From the NCBI RefSeq assembly GCF_009914755.1, contig NC_060933.1: a stretch of 64,000 nt of DNA; one strand, written 5' to 3'. Source of the DNA: the human T2T-CHM13v2.0 reference genome, Homo sapiens. Shown here piece after piece: positions 43,201 to 57,800 of this stretch. Position numbers and translations under genes: made by a program. Position 1 is the first letter of the stretch. Each line of letters begins with the position of its first letter. Below the pieces are notes generated by a model, which had not been told where the DNA came from, made no database searches, and saw only the letters and a list, made by a program, of their open reading frames with translations.

Positions 43201-45850
43201 GTTACGGAATAGAATGGAATGGAATGAAATGGAATGGAATGGAATGGAATGGAATGGAATGGAATGGAATGGAATGAAACCGTGTGCAATGTAATGGAAT
43301 GGAATGGAATGGAATGGATACAACTCGAATGGAATCAACTCGATTGCAATGGAATGGAATGGAATGGAAAGGAATAGAATGGAATCAACCCGAGTGGAAT
43401 GGAATGGAAAGGACGGGAATGGAGTGGAATGGAATGGAATGGAATTAACCCGAATAGAATGGAATGGAATGGAATGGAACGGAATGTAATGGAATGGAAT
43501 GGAATGGATTCAACCCAAGTGCAGGGGAATGGAATGGAATGGAATGCAATGGAATGGAATCATCCGGAATGGAATGGAAAGGAATGGAATGGAATGGAAT
43601 GGAATCAACTCGATTTCAATGGAATGAAATGGAACAGAATGGAATGGAATTAACACAAATAGAATGGAATGGAATGGAATGGAATGGAATGGAATGGAAT
43701 GGAACGGAAAGGAATGGAATGGAATGGAATGGAATCAACCCAAGTGCAGGGGAATGGAATGGAATGGAATTCAATGGAATGGAATCATACGGAGTGGAAT
43801 GGAATGCAATGGAATGGAATGGAATGGAATGGAATCAACCCGAGTGCAATGGAATGGAGAGGAATGGAATGGAACGGAATGGAAACTACCCGAATGGAAT
43901 GGAATGTAATGGACTGTAAGGGAATTGAATAGAATCAATCCGAATGTAATGGAATGGAATGGAACGGAATGGAATGGAATGGAATGGAATGGAATGCAAT
44001 GGAATGGAATCAACCCGAGTGCCATCGAATGGAATCGAATGGAATGGAATGCAATAGAATTTATTCAAATTGAATGGAATGGAAAGAATGGAATCAACAC
44101 GAGTGGAATGGCATGGAATGGAATGGAATGGAATGGAATCAACCCGAGTACAGGTGAATGGAATGGAATGGAAAGCAATGGAATGGAATCATCCGTAATG
44201 TAATGGAAAGGAATGGAATGGAATGGAATGGAATGGAATGGAATGGAATGGAATCAACCCGAGTGCAATGGAATGGAGTGGAATGGAATGGAATGGAATG
44301 GAACAACCCGAATGAAATGGAATGTAATGGAGAGTAAGGCTGTTGAATAGAGTCAATCCGAATGTAATGGAATGGAATGCAACGGAATGGAATGGAATGG
44401 AATGGAATGCAATGGAATGGAATCAACCCGAGTACAATGGAATGGAATGGAATGGAATGGAATGGAATGGAATGGAATGGAATGGAATGGAATGCCTTCA
44501 AACCGAATGGAATGGAAAGGAATGGAATCAACACGAGTGGAATGGAAAGGAATGGAATGGAATGGAATGGAATGGTACGGAAAAGAATGGAATGGAAAGA
44601 AATGGAATGGAATGGAATGGAATGGAATGGAATGGAATGGAATGGAATGGAATGGAATCGTTCCGAGTGGAATAGGAGGGAATGTATACGAGTGGAATGG
44701 AAAGGAATGGAATCAACCAGAGTGGAATGGAAGGGAATGGAATGGAATGGAAACTAATAGAATGGAATCAACACGAGTGGAATGGAATGGAAAGGACTGG
44801 AATGGAATGGAATGGAATGGGATCAACTCGATTGTAATGGAATGGAATGGAATGGAATGGAATGGAATGGAATGGAATGGAATTAACCCGAATACAATGC
44901 AATGGAATGGAATGGAACGGAATGGAGTGGAATGGAATGGAATCAACCCGAGTGCAGGGGAATGGAATGGAATGGAATGCAATGGAATGGAATCATCCGG
45001 AATGGAATGGAATGGAATGGAATGCAAAGCAATGGAATCAACTCGATTGCAATGGAATGGAATGGAATGGAAAGGAATAGAATGGAATCAACCCGAGTGG
45101 AATGGAATGGAAAGGACTGGAATGGAGTGGAATGGAATGGAATGGAATCAACTCGATTGGAATGGAATGGAATGGAATGGAATGGAATGGAATGGAATGG
45201 AATTAAACCGAATAGAATGGAATGGAATGGAATGGAACAGAACGGAACGGAACGGAACGGAATGGAATGGAATGGAATGGAATGGAATGGAATGGAATCA
45301 ACCCGATTGCAGGGGAATGGAATGGAATGGAATGCAATGGAATGGATTCAACTTGAATGGAATGGAAAGAATGGAATCAACACGAGTGGAATGGCATGGA
45401 TTGGAATGGAAGGGAATGGAGTCAACCCGAGTACAGGGGAATGGAATGGAATGGAATGCAATGGAATGGAATCATCCGTATTGGAATGGAATGGAATGGA
45501 ATGGAATGGAATGGAATGGAATGGAATGGAATGGAATGGAATGGAATCAACTGGATTGCAATCGAATGGAATGGAATGGAATTAACCCGAATAGAATGGA
45601 ATGGAATGGAATGGAACGGAACGAAATGGAATGGAATGGAATGGAATGGAATGGTACGGAACGGAACGGAATGGAATGGAATGGAATGGAATGGAATGGA
45701 ATCAACGCGAGTGCAGGGGAATGGAATGAAAGGAATGCAATGGAATGGAATTTTCCGGAATGCAATGGAATGGAATGGAATGGAATGGAATGAAATGCAA
45801 TGGATTCAACTCGATTGCAATGGAATGGAATAGAATGGAATGGAATGGAA
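39830..45850 (+). repeat. Direct repeat of about 2.65 kb (39830-42470 and 43180-45850) separated by a 0.7 kb insert copied from about 35460-36150
   Basis: ORF pairs 39959/43304, 40580/43925 and 41353/44713. Insert markers GTGCAACCGAATGG (about 35505/42525), CAACACGATT, CAATGCGAG and TAACCCAAATAG at about 7.02 kb offset. Confidence 0.9.
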
Positions 45851-48800
45851 TGGAATGGAATGGAATGGAATGGAATGGAATTAACCCAAATAGAATGGAA
45901 TGGAATGGAATGGAACGGAATGGAACTGAATGGAATGGAATGGAATGGAATGGAATGGAATGGTATGGAATTGAATGGAATGGTACGGAATAGAATGGAA
46001 TGGAACGAATTGTAATGGAATGGAATTGAATGGAATGGAATGGAATGGAATGGAATCAGCGCGAGTGCAGGGGAATGGAACAGAACGGAATGCAATGGAA
46101 TGGAATCATCCGGAATGGAATGGAATGGAATGGAATGGAATCAACCCGAGTGCAATGGAATGGAGTGAAATGGAATGGAATGGAATGGAACAACACGAAT
46201 GGAATGTAACGTAATGGAGTGTAAGGGAATTGAATAGAATGAATCCGAATGGAATGGAATGGAATGGAAAGGAATGGAATGGAATGGAAAGGAATGGAAT
46301 GGAACGGAATGGAATGCAATGCCATGGAATCAACACGAGTGCAAACGAATGGAATCGAATGGAATGGAATGCAATGGAATGGATTCATCTTGAATGGAAT
46401 GGAAAGAATGGAATCAACACGAGTGGAATGCCATGGATTGGAATGGAATGGAATGGCATCAACCCGAGTACTGGGGAATGGAATGGAATGGAATGAAATG
46501 GAATGGAATCATCCGTAATGTAATGGAAAGGAATGGAATGGAATGAAGTGGAATGGAATCATCCGTAATGTAATGGAAAGGAATGGAATGGAATGGAATG
46601 GAATGGAATGGAATGAAATGCAATGGATTCAACTCGATTGCAATGGAATGGAATAGAATGGAATGGAATGGAATGGAATGGAATGGAATGGAATGGAATT
46701 AACCCGAATAGAATGGAATGGAATGGAATGGAACGGAATGGAACGGAATGGAATGGAATGCAATGGAATGGAATGGAATGGAATGGTATGGAATGGAATG
46801 GATTGCTACGGAATAGAATGGAATGGAACGAATTGTAATGGAATGGAATTGAATGGAATGGAATGGAATGGAATCAACGCGAGTGCAGGGGAATGGAATG
46901 GAACGGAATGCAATGGAATGGAATCATCCGGAATGGAATGGAATGGAATGGAATGGAATGGAATGGAATGGAATGGAATCAACCCGAGTGCAATGGAATG
47001 GAGTGGAATGGAATGGAATGGAATGGAACAACCCGAATGGAATGGAATGTAATGGAGAGTAAGGGAGTTGAATAGAATCAATCCGAATGTAATGGAATGG
47101 AAACCAACGGAATGGAATGGAATGGAATGGAATGGAATGGAATGGAATGGAATGCAATGGAATGGAATCAACCCGAGTACAATGGAATGGAATGGAATGG
47201 AATGCAATGGAATGGAATGGAATGGAATGGAATGGAATGAAATGGAATGGAATTGAATGGAATGGAATGCCTTCAAACCGAATGGAATGGAAAGGAATGG
47301 AATCAACACGAGTGGAATGGAATGGAATGGAATGGAATGGAATGGAATGGAATGGTACGGAATAGAATGGAATGGAACGAAATGGAATGTAATGGAATGG
47401 AATGGAATGGAATGGAATGGAATGGAATGGAATCGTTCCGAGTGGAATAGGAGGGAATGTATTCGAGTGGAATGGAAAAGAATGGAATCAGCCAGAGTGG
47501 AATGGAAGGGAATGGAATGGAATGGAAACTAATAGAAAGGAATCAACCCGAGTGGAATGGAATGGAAAGGACTGGAATGGAATGGAATGGAATCAACTCT
47601 ATTTTAATGGAATGCAATGGAATGGAATGGAATGGAATGGAATGGAATGGAATTAACCCGAATACAATGGAATGGAACGGAATGGAACGGAATGGAGTGG
47701 AATGGAATGGAATCAACCCGAGTGCAGGGGAATGTAATGGAATGGAATACAATGGAATGGAATCATCCGGAATGGAATGGAATGGAATGGAATGCAAAGC
47801 AATGGAATCAACTCGATTGCAACGGAATGGAATGGAATGGAAAGGAATAGAATGGAATCAACCCGAGTGGAATGAAATGGAAAGGACTGGAATGGAGTGG
47901 AATGGAATGGAATGGAATGGAATGGAATCAACTCGATTGGAATGGAATGGAATGGAATGGAATGGAATGGAATGGAATTAACCCGAATAGAATGGAATGG
48001 AATGGAATGGAACGGAACGGAACGGAACGGAATGGAATGGAATGGAATGGAACGGAAAGGAATGGTATGGAATGGAATGGAATGGAATGGAATGGAATGG
48101 AATGGAATCAACCCGAGTGCAATGGAATGGAGTGGAATGGAATGGAATGGAATGGAACAACCCGAATGGAATGGAATGTAATGGAGAGTAAGGGAGTTGA
48201 ATAGAATCAATCCGAATGTAATGGAATGGAAAGCAACGGAATGGAATGGAATGGAATGGAATGGAATGCAATGGAATGGAATCAACCCGAGTACAATGGA
48301 ATGGAATGGATTGGAATGGAATGGAATGAAATGGAATGGAATGGAATTGAATGGAATGGAATGCCTTCAAACCGAATGGAATGGAAATGAATGGAATCAA
48401 CACGAGTGGAATGGAATGGAATGGAATGGAATGGAATGGAATGGAATGGAATGGGATGGAATGGAATGTTACGGAATAGAATGGAATGGAATGAAATGGA
48501 ATGGAATGGAATGGAATGGAATGGAATGGAATGGAATGAAACCGTGTGCAATGTAATGGAATGGAATGGAATGGAATGGATACAACTCGAATGGAATCAA
48601 CTCGATTGCAATGGAATGGAATGGAATGGAAAGGAATAGAATGGAATCAACCCGAGTGGAATGGAATGGAAAGGACGGGAATGGAGTGGAATGGAATGGA
48701 ATGGAATTAACCCGAATAGAATGGAATGGAATGGAATGGAACGGAATGTAATGGAATGGAATGGAATGGATTCAACCCAAGTGCAGGGGAATGGAATGGA

Positions 48801-51800
48801 ATGGAATGCAATGGAATGGAATCATCCGGAATGGAATGGAAAGGAATGGAATGGAATGGAATGGAATCAACTCGATTTCAATGGAATGAAATGGAACAGA
48901 ATGGAATGGAATTAACACAAATAGAATGGAATGGAATGGAATGGAAAGGAATGGAATGGAATGGAACGGAAAGGAATGGAATGGAATGGAATGGAATCAA
49001 CCCAAGTGCAGGGGAATGGAATGGAATGGAATTCAATGGAATGGAATCATCCGGAGTGGAATGGAATGGAATGGAATGGAATGGAATGGAATGGAATGGA
49101 ATCAACCCGAGTGCAATGGAATGGAGAGGAATGGAATGGAACGGAATGGAAACTACCCGAATGGAATGGAATGTAATGGAGTGTAAGGGAATTGAATAGA
49201 ATCAATCCGAATGTAATGGAATGGAATGGAACGGAATGGAATGGAATGGAATGGAATGGAATGCAATGGAATGGAATCAACCCGAGTGCCATCAAATGGA
49301 ATCGAATGGAATGGAATGCAATAGAATTTCTTCAAATTGAATGGAATGGAAAGAATGGAATCAACACGAGTGGAATGGCATGGAATGGAATGGAATGGAA
49401 TGGAAGCAACCCGAGTACAGGTGAATGGAATGGAATGGAATGCAATGGAATGGAATCATCCGTAATGTAATGGAAAGGAATGGAATGGAATGGAATGGAA
49501 TGGAATGGAATGGAATGGAATGGAATCAACCCGAGTGCAATGGAATGGAGTGGAATGGAATGGAATGGAATGGAACAACCCGAATGAAATGGAATGTAAT
49601 AGAGAGTAAGGGTGTTGAATAGAGTCAATCCGAATGTAATGGAATGGAATGCAACGGAATGGAATGGAATGGAATGGAATGGAATGCAATGGAATGGAAT
49701 CAACCCGAGTACAATGGAATGGAATGGAATGGAATGGAATGGAATGGAATGGAATGGAATGGAATGCCTTCAAACCGAATGGAATGGAAAGGAATGGAAT
49801 CAACACGAGTGGAATGGAAAGGAATGGAATGGAATGGAATGGAATGGTACGGAAAAGAATGGAATGGAAAGAAATGGAATGGAATGGAATGGAATGGAAT
49901 GGAATGGAATGGAATGGAATGGAATGGAATGGAATGGAATCGTTCCGAGTGGAATAGGAGGGAATGTATACGAGTGGAATGGAAAGGAATGGAATCAACC
50001 AGAGTGGAATGGAAGGGAATGGAATGGAATGGAAACTAATAGAATGGAATCAACCCGAGTGGAATGCAATGGAAAGGACTGGAATGGAATGGAATGGAAT
50101 GGGATCAACTCGATTGTAATGGAATGGAATGGAATGGAATGGAATGGAATGGAATGGAATTAACCCGAATACAATGCAATGGAATGGAATGGAACGGAAT
50201 GGAGTGGAATGGAATGGAATCAACCCGAGTGCAGGGGAATGGAATGGAATGGAATGCAATGGAATGGAATCATCCGGAATGGAATGGAATGGAATGGAAT
50301 GCAAAGCAATGGAATCAACTCGATTGCAATGGAATGGAATGGAATGGAAAGGAATAGAATGGAATCAACCCGAGTGGAATGGAATGGAAAGGACTGGAAT
50401 GGAGTGGAATGGAATGGAATGGAATCAACTCGATTGGAATGGAATGGAATGGAATGGAATGGAATGGAATGGAATTAAACCGAATAGAATGGAATGGAAT
50501 GGAATGGAACAGAACGGAACGGAACGGAACGGAATGGAATGGAATGGAATGGAATGGAATGGAATGGAATGGAATCAACCCGATTGCAGGGGAATGGAAT
50601 GGAATAGAATGCAATGGAATGGATTCAACTTGAATGGAATGGAAAGAATGGAATCAACACGAGTGGAATGGCATGGATTGGAATGGAAGGGAATGGAGTC
50701 AACCCGAGTACAGGGGAATGGAATGGAATGGAATGCAATGGAATGGAATCATCCGTATTGGAATGGAATGGAATGGAATGGAATGGAATGGAATGGAATG
50801 GAATCAACTGGATTGCAATCGAATGGAATGGAATGGAATTAACCCGAATAGAATGGAATGGAATGGAATGGAACGGAACGAAATGGAATGGAATGGAATG
50901 GAATGGAATGGTACGGAACGGAACGGAATGGAATGGAATGGAATGGAATGGAATGGAATCAACGCGAGTGCAGGGGAATGGAATGAAAGGAATGCAATGG
51001 AATGGAATTTTCCGGAATGGAATGGAATGGAATGGAATGGAATGGAATGAAATGCAATGGATTCAACTCGATTGCAATGGAATGGAATAGAATGGAATGG
51101 AATGGAATGGAATGGAATGGAATGGAATGGAATTAACCCAAATAGAATGGAATGGAATGGAATGGAACGGAATGGAACTGAATGGAATGGAATGGAATGG
51201 AATGGAATGGAATGGTATGGAATTGAATGGAATGGTACGGAATAGAATGGAATGGAACGAATTGTAATGGAATGGAATTGAATGGAATGGAATGGAATGG
51301 AATGGAATCAGCGCGAGTGCAGGGGAATGGAATAGAACGGAATGCAATGGAATGGAATCATCCGGAATGGAATGGAATGGAATGGAATGGAATCAACCCG
51401 AGTGCAATGGAATGGAGTGAAATGGAATGGAATGGAATGGAACAACACGAATGGAATGTAACGTAATGGAGTGTAAGGGAATTGAATAGAATGAATCCGA
51501 ATGGAATGGAATGGAATGGAAAGGAATGGAATGGAATGGAAAGGAATGGAATGGAACGGAATGGAATGCAATGCCATGGAATCAACACGAGTGCAAACGA
51601 ATGGAATCGAATGGAATGGAATGCAATGGAATGGATTCATCTTGAATGGAATGGAAAGAATGGAATCAACACGAGTGGAATGCCATGGATTGGAATGGAA
51701 TGGAATGGCATCAACCCGAGTACTGGGGAATGGAATGGAATGGAATGAAATGGAATGGAATCATCCGTAATGTAATGGAAAGGAATGGAATGGAATGAAG

Positions 51801-53640
51801 TGGAATGGAATCATCCGTAATGTAATGGAAAGGAATGGAATGGAATGGAATGGAATGGAATGGAATGAAATGCAATGGATTCAACTCGATTGCAATGGAA
51901 TGGAATAGAATGGAATGGAATGGAATGGAATGGAATGGAATGGAATGGAATTAACCCGAATAGAATGGAATGGAATGGAATGGAACGGAATGGAACGGAA
52001 TGGAATGGAATGCAATGGAATGGAATGGAATGGAATGGTATGGAATGGAATGGATTGCTACGGAATAGAATGGAATGGAACGAATTGTAATGGAATGGAA
52101 TTGAATGGAATGGAATGGAATGGAATCAACGCGAGTGCAGGGGAATGGAATGGAACGGAATGCAATGGAATGGAATCATCCGGAATGGAATGGAATGGAA
52201 TGGAATGGAATGGAATGGAATGGAATCAACCCGAGTGCAATGGAATGGAGTGGAATGGAATGGAATGGAATGGAACAACCCGAATGGAATGGAATGTAAT
52301 GGAGAGTAAGGGAGTTGAATAGAATCAATCCGAATGTAATGGAATGGAAACCAACGGAATGGAATGGAATGGAATGGAATGGAATGGAATGGAATGGAAT
52401 GGAATGCAATGGAATGGAATCAACCCGAGTACAATGGAATGGAATGGAATGGAATGCAATGGAATGGAATGGAATGGAATGGAATGGAATGAAATGGAAT
52501 GGAATTGAATGGAATGGAATGCCTTCAAACCGAATGGAATGGAATGGAATGGAATAGAATGGAATGGAATGGAATGGTACGGAATAGAATGGAATGGAAC
52601 GAAATGGAATGTAATGGAATGGAATGGAATGGAATGGAATGGAATGGAATGGAATCGTTCCGAGTGGAATAGGAGGGAATGTATTCGAGTGGAATGGAAA
52701 AGAATGGAATCAGCCAGTGTGGAATGGAAGGGAATGGAATGGAATGGAAACTAATAGAAAGGAATCAACCCGAGTGGAATGGAATGGAAAGGACTGGAAT
52801 GGAATGGAATGGAATCAACTCTATTTTAATGGAATGGAATGGAATGGAATGGAATGGAATGGAATGGAATGGAATTAACCCGAATACAATGGAATGGAAC
52901 GGAATGGAACGGAATGGAGTGGAATGGAATGGAATCAACCCGAGTGCAGGGGAATGTAATGGAATGGAATACAATGGAATGGAATCATCCGGAATGGAAT
53001 GGAATGGAATGGAATGCAAAGCAATGGAATCAACTCGATTGCAAAGGAATGGAATGGAATGGAAAGGAATAGAATGGAATCAACCCGAGTGGAATGAAAT
53101 GGAAAGGACTGGAATGGAGTGGAATGGAATGGAATGGAATGGAATGGAATCAACTCGATTGGAATGGAATGGAATGGAATGGAATGGAATGGAATGGAAT
53201 TAACCCGAATAGAATGGACTGGAATGGAATGGAACGGAACGGAACGGAACGGAATGGAATGGAATGGAATGGAACGGAAAGGAATGGAATGGAATGGAAG
53301 GGAATGGAATGGAATGGAATGGAATCAACCCGAGTGCAATGGAATGGAGTGGAATGGAATGGAATGGAATGGAACAACCCGAATGGAATGGAATGTAATG
53401 GAGAGTAAGGGAGTTGAATAGAATCAATCCGAATGTAATGGAATGGAAAGCAACGGAATGGAATGGAATGGAATGGAATGGAATGCAATGGAATGGAATC
53501 AACCCGAGTACAATGGAATGGAATGGATTGGAATGGAATGGAATGGAATGGAATGGAATGGAATGGAATTGAATGGAATGGAATGCCTTCAAACCGAATG
53601 GAATGGAAATGAATGGAATCAACACGAGTGGAATGGAATG
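43180..53640 (+). repeat. Tandem duplication, unit about 5.25 kb (43180-48440 / 48450-53640)
   Basis: ORF pairs 43304/48566, 46230/51482, 46623/51875 and 47457/52679. Private markers GGCATCAACCCGAGTACTGGGG, GGATTGCTACGG, GGAAACCAACGG and CAACTCTATTTTAAT each occur once per unit. Confidence 0.93.
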
Positions 53641-54849
53641 GAATGGAATGGAATGGTACGGAATAGAATGGAATGGAACGAAATGGAATGGAATGGAATG
53701 GAATGGAATGAAATGGAATGGAATGGAATGGAATGGAATGGAACGGAATCGTTCCGAGTGGAATAGGAGGGAATGTATTCGAGTGGAATGGAAAGGAATG
53801 GAATCAGCCAGAGTGGAATGGAAGGGAATGGAATGGAAAGGAAACTAATAGAATGGAATCAACCCGAGTGGAATGGAATGGAAAGGACTGGAATGGAATG
53901 GAATGGAATTAACCCGAATACAATGGAATGGAATGGAATGGAATGGAATGGAGTGGAATGGAATGAAATCAACCCGAGTGCAGGGAAATGGAATGGAATG
54001 GAATGCAATGGAATGGAATCATCCGGAATGGAATGGAATGGAATGGAATGCAAAGCAATGGAATCAACTCGATTGCAATGGAATGGAATGGAATGGAAAG
54101 GAATAGAATGGAATCAACCCGAGTGGAATGGAATGGAAAGGACTGGAATGGAGTGGAATGGAATGGAATGGAATGGAATCAACTCGATTGGAATGGAATG
54201 GAATGGAATGGAATGGAATGGAATGGAATTAAACCGAATAGAATGGAATGGAATGGAACGGAACGGAACGGAATGGAATGGAATGGAATGGAATGGAATG
54301 CAATGGAATCAACCCGACTGCAGGGGAATGGAATGGAATGGAATGCAATGGAATGGATTCAACTTGAATGGAATGGAAAGAATGGAATCAACAGGAGTGG
54401 AATGGCATGGATTGGAATGGAAGGGAATGGATTCAACCCGAGTACAGGGGAATGGAATGGAATGGAATGCAATGGAATGGAATCATCCGTAATGGAATGG
54501 AATGGAATGGAATGGAATGGAATGGAATCAACTCGATTGCAATCGAATGGAATGGAATGGAATTAACCCGAATAGAATGGAATGGAATGGAATGGAACGG
54601 AACGGAATGGAATGGAATGGAATGGAATGGAATGGAATGGAGTGGAATGGAACGGAAAGGAATGGAATGGAATGGAATGGAGTGGAATGGAATGGAATCA
54701 ACGCGAGTGCAGGGGAATGGAATGGAATGGAATGCAATGGAATGGAATCTTCCGGAATGGAATGGAATGGAATGGAATGGAATGGAATGGAATGGAACGG
54801 AATGGAATTGAATGGAATGGAATGGAATACAATGGTATGGAATCAACCT

Positions 54850-57800
54850 GAGTGCAATGGAATGGAGAGGAATGGAATGGAATGGAATGGAAACTACCCG
54901 AATGGAATGGAATGTAATGCAGTGTAAGGGAATTGAATAGAATCAATCCGAATGTAATGGAATGGAACGGAATTGAATGGAATGGAATGGAATGGAATGG
55001 AACGGAATGCAATGGAATGGAATCAACCCGAGTGCAATCGGATGGAATCCAATGGAATGGAATGCAATGGAATGGATTCAACTTGAATGGAATGGAAAGA
55101 ATGGAATCAACACGAGTGGAATGGCATGGATTGGAATGGAATGGAATGGAATCAACCCGAGTACAGGGGAATGGAATGGAATGGAATGCAATGGAATGGA
55201 ATCATCCGTAATGGAATGGAAAGGAATGGAATGGAATGGAATGGAATGGAATGGAATGGAATCTACTCGATTTCAATCGAATGGAATGGAATGGAATTAA
55301 CCCGAATAGAATGGAATGGAATGGAATGGAACGGAACGGAATGGAATGGAATGGAATGGAATGGAACGGAACGGAACGGAACGGAATGGAATGGAATGGA
55401 ATGGAATGGAATCAACGCGAGTGCAGGGGAATGGAATGGAATGGAATGGAATGGAATGGAACGGAACGGAACGGAACGGAATGGAATGGAATGGAATGGA
55501 ATGGAATGGAACTGAATGGAATGGAATGGAATGGAATGGAATGGAATGGAATTGAATGGAATTAACCCGAATAGAATGGAATGGAATGGAATGGAACGGA
55601 ACGGAATGGAATGGAATGGAATGGAATGGAATGGAACGGAATGGAATCAACCCGACTGCAGGGGAATGGAATGGAATGGAATGCAATGGAATGGATTCAA
55701 CTTGAATGGAATGGAAAGAATGGAATCAACACGAGTGGAATGGCATGGATTGGAATGGAAGGGAATGGAATCAAACCGAGTACAGGGGAATGGAATGGAA
55801 TGGAATGCAATGGAATGGAATCATCCGTAATGGAATAGAAAGGAATGGAATGGAATGGAATGGAATGGAATGGAATCAACTCGATTGCATTCGAATGGAA
55901 TGGAATGGAATTAACCCGAATAGAATGGAATGGAATGGAATGGAACGGAACGGAATTGAATGGAATGGAATGGAATGGAATGGAATGGAATGGAACTGAA
56001 AGGAATGGAATGGAATGGAATGGAGTGGAATGGAATGGAATCAACGCGAGTGCAGAGGAATGGAATGGAATGGAATGCAATGGAATGGAATCTTCCGGAA
56101 TGGAATGGAATGGAATGGAATGGAATGGAATGAAATGCAATGGATTCAACTCGACTGCAATGGAATGGAATAGAATGGAATGGAATGGAATGGAATGGAA
56201 TGGAATGGAATGGAATTAACCCGAATAGAATGGAATGGAATGGAATGGAATGGAACTGAATGGATTGGAATGGAATGGAATGGAATGGAATGGAATGGAA
56301 TGAACCCGAATAGAATGGAATGGAATGGAATGGAACGGAACGGAATGCAATGGAATGGAATGGAATGGAATGGAATGGAACCGAAAGGAATGGAATGGAA
56401 TGGAATGGAGTGGAATGGAATGGAATCAACGTGAGTGCAGGGGAATGGAATGGAATGGAATGCAATGGAGTGGAATCTTCCGGAATGGAATGGAAAGGAA
56501 TGGAATGGAATGGAACGGAATCAACCCGAGTGCAATGGAATGGAGTGGAATGGAATGAAACAACCCGAATGGAATGGAATGTAATGGAGCGTAAGGGAGT
56601 TGAATAGAATCAATCCGAATGTAATGGAATGGAATGGAACGGAATGGAATTGAATGGAATGGAATGGAATGCAATGGAATGGAATCAACCCGAGTGCAAT
56701 GGAATGGAGAGGAATGGAATGGAATGGAATGGAAACTACCCGAATGGAATGGAATGGAATGCAGTGTAAGGGAATTGAATAGAATCAATCCGAATGTAAT
56801 GGAATGGAACGGAATGGAATGGAATGGAATGGAATGGAATGCAATGGAATGGAATCTTCCGGAATGGAATGGAATGGAATGGAATGGAATGAAATGCAAT
56901 GGATTCAACTCGATTGCAATGGAATGCAATAGAATGGAATGGAATGGATTGAAATGGAATGGAATTAACCCGAATAGAATGGAATGGAATGGAATGGAAC
57001 GGAATGCAACTGAATGGAATGGAATGGAATGGAATGGAATGGAATTGAATGGAATGGTACGGAATAGAATGGAATGGAACGAATTGTAATGGAATGGAAT
57101 TGAATGGAATGGAATGGAATGGAATCAACACGAGTGCAGGGGAATGGAATGGAACGGAATGCAATGGAATGGAATCATCCGGAATGGAATGGAATGGAAT
57201 GGAAAGGAATGGAATGGAATCAACCCGAGTGCAATGGAATGGAGTGGAATGGAATGGAATGGAATGGAACAACCTGAATGGAATGTAACGTAATGGAGTG
57301 TAAGTGAATTGAATAGAATGAATCCGAATGGAATGGAATGGAATGGAAAGGAATGGAATGGAATGGAATGGAATGGAATGGAATGGAATGGAATGCAATG
57401 CCATGGAATCAACACGAGTGCAAACGAATGGAATCGAATGGAATGGAATGCAATGGAATGGATTCATCTTGAATGGAATGGAAAGAATGGAATCAACACG
57501 AGTGGAATGGCATGTATTGGAATGGAATGGAATGGAATCAACCCGAGTACAGGGGAAAGGAATGGAATGGAATGGAATGGAATGGAATCATCCGTAATGT
57601 AATGGAAAGGAATGGAATGGAATGGAATGGAATGGAATGGAATGGAATCAACTCGATTACAATCGAATGGAATGGAATGGAATTAACCCGAATAGAATGG
57701 AATGGAATGGAATGGAATGGAACGGAACGGAATGGAATGGAATGGAACGGAACGGAACGGAATGGAATGGAATGGAATGGAATGGAATGGAATGGAATCA

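Noticed and set aside
45483-45547. Pathogenic-type (TGGAA)n expansion as in SCA31
   Set aside because: Pure runs are at most about 13 units and embedded in HSat3 modules, with no flanking unique, intronic or TAAAA-type sequence.
44372-45793. Longest + strand ORF (473 aa, MEWNG repeats); likewise 10455-11828, 41027-42205 and all other + strand ORFs
   Set aside because: (GGAAT)n has no stop codon and yields MEWNG in all three frames with an ATG every 5 bp. Overlapping ORFs occur in every frame, paralogs differ by 5-bp frameshifting indels, and there is no non-repetitive domain.
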